Below, one piece after another: positions 1 through 7,269 of a DNA stretch of 13,545 nucleotides. Under the pieces are notes generated by a model. That model worked only from the letters and a program-made list of their open reading frames with translations, had not been told where the DNA came from and ran no database searches. The DNA is from Bdellovibrionales bacterium. GTDB taxonomy: Bacteria > Bdellovibrionota > Bdellovibrionia > Bdellovibrionales > JAGQZY01. Position numbers and translations under genes: made by a program. Location: positions 1 to 13,545 of the forward strand of contig JANPLN010000058.1 in assembly GCA_031426555.1 (NCBI GenBank). Direction: 5' to 3'. How positions within the stretch are numbered: position 1 is the first letter of the stretch; the number at the start of each line of letters is the position of its first letter.

Positions 1-2
1 GC

Positions 3-692
3 TATCGCGACATTTACAGTGTGCACCATTACGAAATCACCGGAAACAACATCGGCCCTTCCAATGGCGATTACATGCGCATAGCCGGGAACACCCACAA
101 CGGTCTGGTTGAGAACAATACCTTCCACGATATGGTCGTGATGAATCCCGCTGCTCACCCGGATTTTATTCAGTTCACAGGCAACTTCGAAACCGGCTAC
201 GAGCGATACACTCCACATGATATCACCATCCGCGGCAACTTGATGTATGACGATCCCGCCACTGGTGTCATCGGTACGCAGGGTATTTCAGTTTCGGATG
301 GTGGCTCCGACGGTTACCGCGGCATTCTCATCGAGCAAAATTTGATTCGCAGTGTTTTGACGAATGCGATCGTCATCCACTCGGGCTTGGAGGATGTCGT
401 CGTCCGGAACAACACTTTGACCAATGGTCGAATTTGGGTTTGCAACAATCAAGGTATGGGCAACGCCGGAACTTTGGTGCGCGACAACGTGGTTCCCGTA
501 ATCCTAAACGATGGGGGTGGATCAACAGTGACGCGCAATTATGAGGGAGGACCGTCTTCTACACTTTATACGTCCTATGCCAATGGCTTCACGTGGCAAC
601 AGTATGTGCCCAAAGCTGGAGGTCCCATCGATTTCCCAACAAACTACGGTGCTGTTACGCGACTGCAGCAGCTGATGAGTGGTGCCCCGTAA
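3..692 (+). CDS. Right-handed parallel beta-helix (pectin-lyase-like fold) protein, C-terminal part; 5'-truncated by the window edge
   Basis: The frame is open from nt 3 (YRDIYSVHHY...), so the GTG at 21 is probably not the true start. Repeated beta-helix rungs with Asn ladders: YEITGNNI, LVENNTF, ITIRGNLM, ILIEQNLI, VVVRNNTL, TLVRDNVV. Also an HPDFIQF motif. TAA at 690-692. Confidence 0.75.
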   Translation, partial: YRDIYSVHHYEITGNNIGPSNGDYMRIAGNTHNGLVENNTFHDMVVMNPAAHPDFIQFTGNFETGYERYTPHDITIRGNLMYDDPATGVIGTQGISVSDGGSDGYRGILIEQNLIRSVLTNAIVIHSGLEDVVVRNNTLTNGRIWVCNNQGMGNAGTLVRDNVVPVILNDGGGSTVTRNYEGGPSSTLYTSYANGFTWQQYVPKAGGPIDFPTNYGAVTRLQQLMSGAP

Positions 693-748
693 TTCAGACT
701 TCGAAGGAGTTTCGCTAGTGGTTTTGTGCGAGATAATTTTATTTCAAA

Positions 749-2725
749 CTATTTGGCAAAGACGTCGTAACACATTTTTCCATCTGCGGCGACCGCGTCT
801 TTTGTCGGTTGAATTTCTTCGCTGAAGGGGGGGCGACGTAAAAATAAATCCAGCAAAAATTTGGGTTCGCCAGTTTCGTAAAGAAGTCCGTTTTTTTCAA
901 ACTTTGTATCGCGCAACTGAGTGTAGCAAGTGTTGCCGTTAAAGAATCGAACGTTGTGCGCTACTGTGATATGATCAAAGATGCGCTCAAAAGCAGTTTC
1001 CATTTGTCGCTCAATTTGATGGTAGCCAAATAAATAATTTGGCAGTTCGCCTTCAACAAAATAAGTCGTCGCTCCGCCGTATTCCGAAAGAATAGCCACC
1101 GCTCTTGGATCATAGCCGTAACCTTCGGCAAAAGCCGCCGCTCCTTGGCCACCACCGCGCGGAACGTGCATGCCCGGCTTAGGTTCAAGGTGCAAATCGC
1201 CGTAAACATCGCGCAACCATTGGCCGCGTTCGGGATAATCGTGCAGTGCTAAAATAAAACGGTTGCTGATGTCTGCGAGTTCGACAACTGGATTTCCCGA
1301 TTGATCTACTCCCGAAATCTGTTCCCAGCCGTCGTTGGGACTGAACATCACCTCGGGCGGAAGCAAAGGTAGAACTGTGCGAGCCAGCGCCACTTGTTCA
1401 GTTCCTTTTTGTTGCGGGCTCATTTCCCAAAGGCCCCAAGTTTCATTGTAACCAACGCCGACGATAAAGCCCACTCCGTTTCGATGATTCTTAAAAAGTT
1501 CTGCGGCTTCGTGATGAAAATTTTCGCGGGCAACGGAATCGCGTAGATCGCGCGCCGAGGGCATTTCGATCCAGTAGAGGTATCCAAGCTTATCCGCAAG
1601 GTAGCGCTTGTAAGCGGTGGGAGGCTGCTGGTGAAAACGCGCTCCGTTGAGCCCCATGGCCTGGGCCATTTTAATATCAGTTTCCATATCGCTCACATTT
1701 GCAGGAGTGTAGCCACTGGCCGGATAGTAGCCTTGGTCGAGAACTAATTTTTGCACGAGGGCTTTTCCGTTGAGATATATTTGGCCGTTTATTTTTTCGA
1801 TGGATTTAAAACCGGTGTAAGATTGAACCGTGTCCACCACGCGATTTTTCAATCCAGAAGGGCGCACCTTACTCCGCAGGACCTTGGCAGTGACCGTGTA
1901 CAGGGACGGACTTTCTGGGGACCAAAGTTGCACATCGTCGACCTTCATCGTCATTATGGCCTTGCCATCTTTTACGGAAGCGCGCGCGCTGACAACAGTT
2001 TGACCTTCGCGCAGCACCGAAATCTCCACAGAGAGAGGATCTTTTTTTGCCGTATTTGCATAAGCGACTTCAGCCTCTACGGTCAGTTGGCCGTCGACCT
2101 TGGGCAAAAAGTAGAGCTCGCGAATGAAAGCATTTTCAATGCGCTCGATCCAAACGGAGTCACGAATGCCGGTAGATTTATCGTAAAAAATGTTTCCTTC
2201 GTGGCGAAGGATTTCCTGCTTACCACGCGCAATTTGCGTGGACGTGGCGGGATCGTAAGCCCGGAGTTGCAATTCGAAATGGTCGCCGCTGATAAGCCCG
2301 GTGAGGTCCACACTAAACGGAGCGTAGCCACCGCGATGGTGAGCCACAAATTTGCCATTCACAAAAACTTCGGCTTCGTAATCGACAGCCGCAAAATGAA
2401 GAAGAGCGCGTCCATCCCAAGTGGCCGGCACTGCGACTTGCCGCTGGTACCACACAACATCTTTTTCTGGCTCAAATTCCGCATTGCCAATACCACTCAT
2501 CGTGGTTTCGGGAGCAAAGGGAACAACAATTTTGAAAGGCAGCTCCGAAGTACGCGATTGACCAAAATTTCGCGGACCTTCGTCCCCGTAACCAAAATTC
2601 CACGGACCATTGAGTGAAATCCATTCGGCGCGCTCCAACTGCGGATTCGGTGTTTCGCTGCGAACCGCGACATCGGCTGAAGCGTATTGGAATATAAAAA
2701 ACAAACCCCAAGCCAGAAAATTCAT
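749..2725 (-). CDS. Secreted glycoside hydrolase family 2 (beta-galactosidase/glucuronidase-like; substrate unknown)
   Basis: GH2_N motifs SLNGPWNF, VVWYQR, LHFAAVDYEAEVFVNG, HRGGYAPFSVDLT; LWSPESPSLY; TIM barrel LVLDQGYYP, acid/base YNETWG, nucleophile LSEYGG, CYTQLRD..FEKNGL. Signal-peptide-like N-terminus ending ASA. AGGAGG SD at 2737-2732. Confidence 0.92.
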   Translation of the reverse strand: MNFLAWGLFFIFQYASADVAVRSETPNPQLERAEWISLNGPWNFGYGDEGPRNFGQSRTSELPFKIVVPFAPETTMSGIGNAEFEPEKDVVWYQRQVAVPATWDGRALLHFAAVDYEAEVFVNGKFVAHHRGGYAPFSVDLTGLISGDHFELQLRAYDPATSTQIARGKQEILRHEGNIFYDKSTGIRDSVWIERIENAFIRELYFLPKVDGQLTVEAEVAYANTAKKDPLSVEISVLREGQTVVSARASVKDGKAIMTMKVDDVQLWSPESPSLYTVTAKVLRSKVRPSGLKNRVVDTVQSYTGFKSIEKINGQIYLNGKALVQKLVLDQGYYPASGYTPANVSDMETDIKMAQAMGLNGARFHQQPPTAYKRYLADKLGYLYWIEMPSARDLRDSVARENFHHEAAELFKNHRNGVGFIVGVGYNETWGLWEMSPQQKGTEQVALARTVLPLLPPEVMFSPNDGWEQISGVDQSGNPVVELADISNRFILALHDYPERGQWLRDVYGDLHLEPKPGMHVPRGGGQGAAAFAEGYGYDPRAVAILSEYGGATTYFVEGELPNYLFGYHQIERQMETAFERIFDHITVAHNVRFFNGNTCYTQLRDTKFEKNGLLYETGEPKFLLDLFLRRPPFSEEIQPTKDAVAADGKMCYDVFAK

Positions 2726-2731
2726 CGAGCG

Positions 2732-2774
2732 CCTCCTACAATAATGGACTGTGTCTGAGTATTAGAGGGAGGTC
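2732..2774 (-). promoter_or_regulatory. GH2 ribosome-binding site AGGAGG with an upstream anti-SD (CCUCC) able to sequester it
   Basis: Minus strand reads GA-CCTCC-CTC-TAATA-CTCA-GAC-ACA-GTC-CAT-TATTG-TA-GGAGG-CGCTCG-ATG. Possible pairings: CCUCC/GGAGG, UAAUA/UAUUG, GAC/GUC. Confidence 0.5.
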
Positions 2775-2928
2775 TTCGGCGGATCAACTATTCATAGGCC
2801 AAATGTAACTTCTCCAGAGGAAATATTTTCATTCGGTGTTTGTCTTTTCTACGTTGCGGAGGGCTGCTAAAAATATTTAATTCAAATAGTCGTGGGAGTT
2901 ATTTGTAGAGATATCATGGCTTGTTTGT

Positions 2929-2992
2929 GGGGGGGGAGGGCACCAGACTTTTAACATCTGATGCCCTTGGGGTTCTTCCTGGGGGGAGGAAG
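2929..2992 (-). other. Two tandem RNA hairpins with C-rich loop and tail in the 3' region of the small membrane-protein gene (atypical terminator or sRNA)
   Basis: Minus strand: CTTCCT-CCCCCC-AGGAAG (2992-2975), then AGGGCATCAGA-9 nt-TCTGGTGCCCT (2967-2937; 11 bp with one U.G pair, which is a C/A mismatch on +), followed by C8. No U-tract. Confidence 0.5.
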
Positions 2993-2999
2993 TGATTTG

Positions 3000-3341
3000 T
3001 TAAGCTGGTGTTTCGCTGTCGGAACCTTGAGTTTTCACAATTTTATTATAAATTCCGAGCATTAAAAATGTGGGGGCCCACTGTCCAACAAAATTGGCCG
3101 TGCCCTTTTCTTTTGAGGTGGCGGCTAGGTAAGCCGAAATGGCAATGGATCCCAAAGCCAAAGCTAAGTAAACACCTGAGGGGATCTTTGCTGTTTGCTG
3201 CTCAATGGCTTTTGTAGTTGTGCCTTCAGTGATGTCATTCCCAGAATCGGATTTTTTTTGCGATAACCCTCTTGCAATAAATTCGTTGCGCTGGTTAGAT
3301 TCGTAGTTGGCTTTGGTTGCTTCGCTATTTTTTTGTTCCAT
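3000..3341 (-). CDS. Conserved small membrane protein, 113 aa, function unknown
   Basis: Start revised to ATG 3341 (MEQKNS...), preceded by AAAGGAAG. The C-terminal region EGTTTKAIEQQTAKIPS-[hydrophobic helix]-ANFVGQWAPTFLMLGIYNKIVKTQGSD resembles, from memory, a widespread family of small hypothetical proteins. Confidence 0.8.
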   Translation of the reverse strand: MEQKNSEATKANYESNQRNEFIARGLSQKKSDSGNDITEGTTTKAIEQQTAKIPSGVYLALALGSIAISAYLAATSKEKGTANFVGQWAPTFLMLGIYNKIVKTQGSDSETPA

Positions 3342-3468
3342 TGGGCTTCCTTTGAGAAGAGTTGTTAGATGCATGGAAATACTTATATCAACGGAACCCC
3401 TTAAATTCTTGCTGGTTTCAACAAAAAATTGTGTAGATATGCGCACAAATCGAATTTTTTTGCTCTCT

Positions 3469-3930
3469 TTAAAAAGCAGCGATTTTGTGGAGGGTTACTG
3501 CAAATTTTAAAGCCGCGCCCCCTTTAATAGCACTGCCAGTGCCGCTATCTCCGTAGGCTGTATGCGAGGGGCATACGATGACCGCAGAGCCACCCACCTG
3601 CATTCGTTTAATGGCTTCAGTCCAGCAAGGAATGACTCCGTTGAGTGGGAATGAAACTGGCTTTCCCTTTGGCGAGGCATCAAAAACTTTACCTGTGCGC
3701 AAGGTTCCCGCGTAATCAACGGTCACTGTATCGGTGGAAGAGGGATTTACGCCCTTTCCAACCTTGGTGGGACGATAGAGAACCCCCGATAACATTTGTT
3801 CGGTTTTTGCAATTTTTGCCTCTTTGTCGATAAATTTTTGCGATTCTGCTTTTTCCGTCTCCAGTTCCGAAGCTGCAAAAATGAACTGGAAAGTAAAAAT
3901 CAAGACCATCGCGACACCAAGTTGTTTCAT
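3469..3930 (-). CDS. Exported FKBP-type peptidyl-prolyl cis-trans isomerase (short FkpA/Mip-like)
   Basis: VTVDYAGTLRTGKVFDAS, SFPLNGVIPCWTEAIKRMQVGG, CPSHTAYG, ALKFAVTL; N-terminal signal peptide. The spacing from SD AAAGGA favours ATG 3930 over 3936. Confidence 0.93.
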   Translation of the reverse strand: MKQLGVAMVLIFTFQFIFAASELETEKAESQKFIDKEAKIAKTEQMLSGVLYRPTKVGKGVNPSSTDTVTVDYAGTLRTGKVFDASPKGKPVSFPLNGVIPCWTEAIKRMQVGGSAVIVCPSHTAYGDSGTGSAIKGGAALKFAVTLHKIAAF

Positions 3931-3947
3931 ATTCATTTCCTTTGTAG

Positions 3948-4940
3948 TTAATTTTTTGTTTTAGATCCAAGTCGAAGAAAATCGTTCCAGCGGTCGTGAA
4001 GAAGTGTGCCTTTTTTAAGACTTGCAGATATAGCACAGCCGGGGTCATTGCCGTGGCGGCAATTGGTAAATTTGCAGCGAAGCATCAGCTCTTCAATGTC
4101 GAGGAATTTTTTGTGCGTTTCCAATGTGGAATTTAACATGGCAATTTCCTGCATCCCCGGCGTGTCGATCACAAGCCCGCCCCAGCGCGTGACAAAAAGG
4201 TTCCGCGAGGTGGTTGTATGACGGCCTTTGGCTTCGCCGCTGAGATCCCGTGTTTTTTGAAATTCACTTCCCAAAAGAAAATTTGTTAAAGTGGATTTTC
4301 CTACGCCGGACGAGCCCAATAAAACCGAAGTCATGCCTGGTGCAAAAAATGTGTGTAACTGTTCCATGGAAGCGATATTTTTTTGCGAGAGCTGAAAAGA
4401 GTCTACGTTGCCAAAATCCGCTCGTAGCTGTTGGATAAAATGGTCAGGATCTTGGCAGAGATCTGTTTTTGTGAGCAGAAAAATCGGTTTTGCGCCGCAA
4501 TCTTTGCACAAGGCAAGGTAGCGTCCCAAGCGCTGAAGATCGAAGTCTTCGTTGAGCGAAGTCACTATAAATACAAAATCAACATTGGTGACGATGAGCT
4601 GAGTCTCTTGCGACGAGCCCACACGTTTTCTTTGCAGGATACTTTTCCTTTGTAACACACGATGAATATTGGCTTTATTAGTGCCACTTTCTCCCGTCAT
4701 CGCCACCCAATCACCCACGCCGGGAAGGTCGATGGCAGTTGCAGCTGAGTGACGGAGACCGCTCGTGATGGCTGCTTCGACCACGGTCTGTGGCGCAATT
4801 TGGACATGATAATGGCCTTTTCCTTGACTGATAACACGGCCAGGAAAAACACCAGATTCTGTGTTTTCATTGAAGCTAGCCTGAAAAAAATCATTCCAGC
4901 CAAAGGAAACAAGAAATGCATCTAGAGATTTTTTTTGCAT
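3948..4940 (-). CDS. rsgA: Ribosome small subunit-dependent GTPase A (circularly permuted GTPase)
   Basis: OB-fold VGDWV; G4 LTKTD precedes G1 GSSGVGKS; G2 GRHTT; G3 DTPG; Zn site CKFTNCRHGNDPGC. Start revised to ATG 4940, which overlaps the MFS stop (TGATG) and has GGAGAG upstream. Confidence 0.95.
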   Translation of the reverse strand: MQKKSLDAFLVSFGWNDFFQASFNENTESGVFPGRVISQGKGHYHVQIAPQTVVEAAITSGLRHSAATAIDLPGVGDWVAMTGESGTNKANIHRVLQRKSILQRKRVGSSQETQLIVTNVDFVFIVTSLNEDFDLQRLGRYLALCKDCGAKPIFLLTKTDLCQDPDHFIQQLRADFGNVDSFQLSQKNIASMEQLHTFFAPGMTSVLLGSSGVGKSTLTNFLLGSEFQKTRDLSGEAKGRHTTTSRNLFVTRWGGLVIDTPGMQEIAMLNSTLETHKKFLDIEELMLRCKFTNCRHGNDPGCAISASLKKGTLLHDRWNDFLRLGSKTKN

Positions 4941-6163
4941 CAGTGTTCGCTCTCCATTTCGATCAAATTCATTTTGCGAAGTGCGGGGTAAAAGTAAGCC
5001 ATGGCCCCCACTGTGAATAAGCAGAGACATCCACCTAAGTAGACCGATGGAACAATCCCAAAGGCGTGGGCGGCCAAACCAGATTCCACTTCACCCAGTT
5101 CATTAAAGGATCCAATGAAAATAGAATTCACCGCAGATATTTTTCCGCGCATGGAATCAGGAGAGGAAAACTGCACAACCACCGAGCGAATAATCATACT
5201 CAACCCATCAAAGATTCCGCTGAGCACGAGCACGAATAAAGAGAGTTCAAGAGATGTGCTCCACCCAAAAATCAATATGCAAACACCAAATCCCGCCACG
5301 CAAGCAAACAGCCAGTTGCCAGCGCTCCGTCGAAACGGAACGCGTGAATGAAAAAAACTAATCAGTGCCGCACCCACGGCGGGAGCCGCTCGCAGGGCCC
5401 CCAGTCCTTTAGGACCGACCATTAAAATTTCGTTGGCAAAAATTGGCAATAGCGCTGTGACTCCACCGAAAAGAACTGAAATCATATCCAAGGCCATGGA
5501 AGGAAATAGCAGTGGGTGTTGCATCACAAAGTGAAATCCTGAGAACAGTTCTTCTTTGATGCTTGCGTGATATTTTTTTGGACTTGCTGGGATTTCTTTT
5601 TTTATAGCTAATAAGCAAACCAACGAAATCATCAGTAACAAACAGACCAGCACCGAAGCAAAACGGGCTCCTGCAAACCCAAAAAGGATCCCGCCAACGG
5701 CAGGACCGGCAATGCGGGCTACCTGCATGCTGGTGCTAAAGATGGCAGTGGCGTTGACCAGCTGTTTGCGTTCCACCATTCGCGGAATCACTGCAAAGAT
5801 GGCAGGCTGGGAAAACGACCTTGCGAGGCCGGTTAAAAAAGCAGCGCCGTAGAGCATGGTGGCTTTTAAAAGCACGGGCCAATCGCTGATCATCGCATTG
5901 CTCAGCCACATCAATATCCCTGAAATAAAACTGACGATGATCACCCAGCGATACACGTAGAGGGGTCGCGAGCGATCCACAATGACGCCAGCATAAAGTG
6001 CCAGACCCAAGGCAGGGAGGGCCTCGGTCAATCCAATCATGCCCAGGGAAATGGGAGTTTTAAAAAGTTCGTAGATGCTCCAGCCCAATATGACCGCTTG
6101 CATTTGCACAGCGAAGGTAAATAAAAAGCGGGCGGCAATGAGTATTCTAAAATCCGTCGGCAC
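4940..6163 (-). CDS. MFS transporter (MFS_3 / EntS / macrolide-efflux-like)
   Basis: About 12 hydrophobic segments; motif A AGVIVDRSRP; ARIAGPAVGG; SPDSMRGKISAVNSIFIGSFNELGEVESG. GTG start with GAGGA upstream. Confidence 0.92.
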   Translation of the reverse strand: MPTDFRILIAARFLFTFAVQMQAVILGWSIYELFKTPISLGMIGLTEALPALGLALYAGVIVDRSRPLYVYRWVIIVSFISGILMWLSNAMISDWPVLLKATMLYGAAFLTGLARSFSQPAIFAVIPRMVERKQLVNATAIFSTSMQVARIAGPAVGGILFGFAGARFASVLVCLLLMISLVCLLAIKKEIPASPKKYHASIKEELFSGFHFVMQHPLLFPSMALDMISVLFGGVTALLPIFANEILMVGPKGLGALRAAPAVGAALISFFHSRVPFRRSAGNWLFACVAGFGVCILIFGWSTSLELSLFVLVLSGIFDGLSMIIRSVVVQFSSPDSMRGKISAVNSIFIGSFNELGEVESGLAAHAFGIVPSVYLGGCLCLFTVGAMAYFYPALRKMNLIEMESEH

Positions 6164-6178
6164 GAGATGGTTTCCTCA

Positions 6179-6721
6179 CTAAAAAGAAGACTCTTCAGTT
6201 TTTAAAAAGTCCAATTCTTCTTTCGTCGATGTTCTTTTGAGCACTTCGTTGCGGTGAGGATATCTCCCAAAGCGATCAATGATTTCTTTGTGCTTGAGCT
6301 CGTACTTTAAATTGAATTCAAGACCTTTTTGCGAAAATAGTTTCACTGCATGGAGGTGATCCTCACGACTCTCACTGTGCATAAAAGGCATGTAAAGAAA
6401 TTTCCTCTGTTCTATGGGAAGTTTTTGATCTTCGCCAGATTTTACGGCGGCCTTTGCGGACTCCAAGGCATGGGAGTCGTAGGCAAACGCCAAAGCCGTG
6501 TCGCGAAACATATTGCGGGAAAATTGATCTAGAACAATGATTTCTGCCAGGCGTCCTTCGGGAGTCTTGCGCCACTCCTTGGCTCGGCCCTCAAGGATCT
6601 GCGTATGGATTTCTAAAAATCGGTTGCGGATCGTTTGATCGAGTTCGGCATTTTTTGAAAAATGCATTTCGGGCGTAATTTCTTGAAACCAAAAATGCAG
6701 GATATCTTGCGGAGTCATCAT
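6179..6721 (-). CDS. DUF924 family protein
   Basis: ILHFWF, LDQTIRNRF, LAEIIVLDQFSRNMFR, FLYMPFMHSE, HKEIIDRFGRYPHRN are hallmark DUF924 motifs. Confidence 0.95.
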   Translation of the reverse strand: MMTPQDILHFWFQEITPEMHFSKNAELDQTIRNRFLEIHTQILEGRAKEWRKTPEGRLAEIIVLDQFSRNMFRDTALAFAYDSHALESAKAAVKSGEDQKLPIEQRKFLYMPFMHSESREDHLHAVKLFSQKGLEFNLKYELKHKEIIDRFGRYPHRNEVLKRTSTKEELDFLKTEESSF

Positions 6722-6724
6722 CGA

Positions 6725-7147
6725 TCAATTCGCCTTAATTTTAAATATGCATTGTCCATCAAAAAGCTCTGGATCCACGAAAACATTTTTTACTTCGGAA
6801 GGAGTTACAAGGAGCCAACTGTAGGCGTTCATTCCATCGACGGCAATCAAGCATTGGGTATCCAAAGTCGAACACAGCTTTTGCGCCAGTTCTTGTTCTG
6901 TCATATTCAGCCACGCCAGTTCCGTATGAACGTGCACGCTAAAGGGGAAGTCGCCCTCAAGCTCTTCCAGCACGACGGCTGTTTCTTTGCTGTCGATCTG
7001 CGTTAGCTTCACAACTCCGATGTTTTCGCGGCGTAAAAAAAGATGCTTTGCTATGGCGTCGCAAAGCACTTGCGGTTCGATCACTTTTGCAAAATACATT
7101 TCGAAAGTTGAAATGGTATTATCAATAAAAGAATAGGCATCCAGCAT
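6725..7147 (-). CDS. Hypothetical protein, 140 aa, acidic; first gene of the minus-strand operon
   Basis: The ORF fills the gap between the predicted promoter and DUF924 (3-nt spacing). No recognisable domain. Confidence 0.65.
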   Translation of the reverse strand: MLDAYSFIDNTISTFEMYFAKVIEPQVLCDAIAKHLFLRRENIGVVKLTQIDSKETAVVLEELEGDFPFSVHVHTELAWLNMTEQELAQKLCSTLDTQCLIAVDGMNAYSWLLVTPSEVKNVFVDPELFDGQCIFKIKAN

Positions 7148-7153
7148 TTTTCA

Positions 7154-7182
7154 AGCTTAACGATTCGCAGGAGTCGTTGCAA
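7154..7182 (-). promoter_or_regulatory. Putative sigma70 promoter giving a leaderless transcript
   Basis: Minus strand TTGCAA (7182-7177), 17 nt, TAAGCT (7159-7154), then 6 nt to ATG 7147. No SD. Confidence 0.55.
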
Positions 7183-7240
7183 GTGACGCGCTCATGGAGA
7201 GTTATGCCTAATTAAAGGGCAAAATGATTATGCCGGAGCC

Positions 7241-7269
7241 ACCTCCTATTACAATGAGTAATAGGAGGT
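7241..7269. repeat. Perfect 12-bp inverted repeat (candidate operator or RNA hairpin)
   Basis: ACCTCCTATTAC-aatga-GTAATAGGAGGT. Confidence 0.85.

Noticed and set aside
1..748. Beta-helix gene as a compositionally foreign island
   Set aside because: Spot-counted GC (about 50%) is similar to the neighbouring GH2, and no mobility genes or att-like repeats were seen.
1751..2617. 288-aa + strand ORF
   Set aside because: It lies wholly antisense to the well-supported GH2, has a TTG start and shows no motifs; a shadow ORF.
3342..3446. 35-aa N-terminal extension of the small protein
   Set aside because: The SD sits before ATG 3341; the extension covers probable regulatory DNA.
4941..5030. 30-aa N-terminal extension of RsgA
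   Set aside because: It would overlap the MFS gene by about 90 nt; TGATG coupling at 4940 is more plausible.
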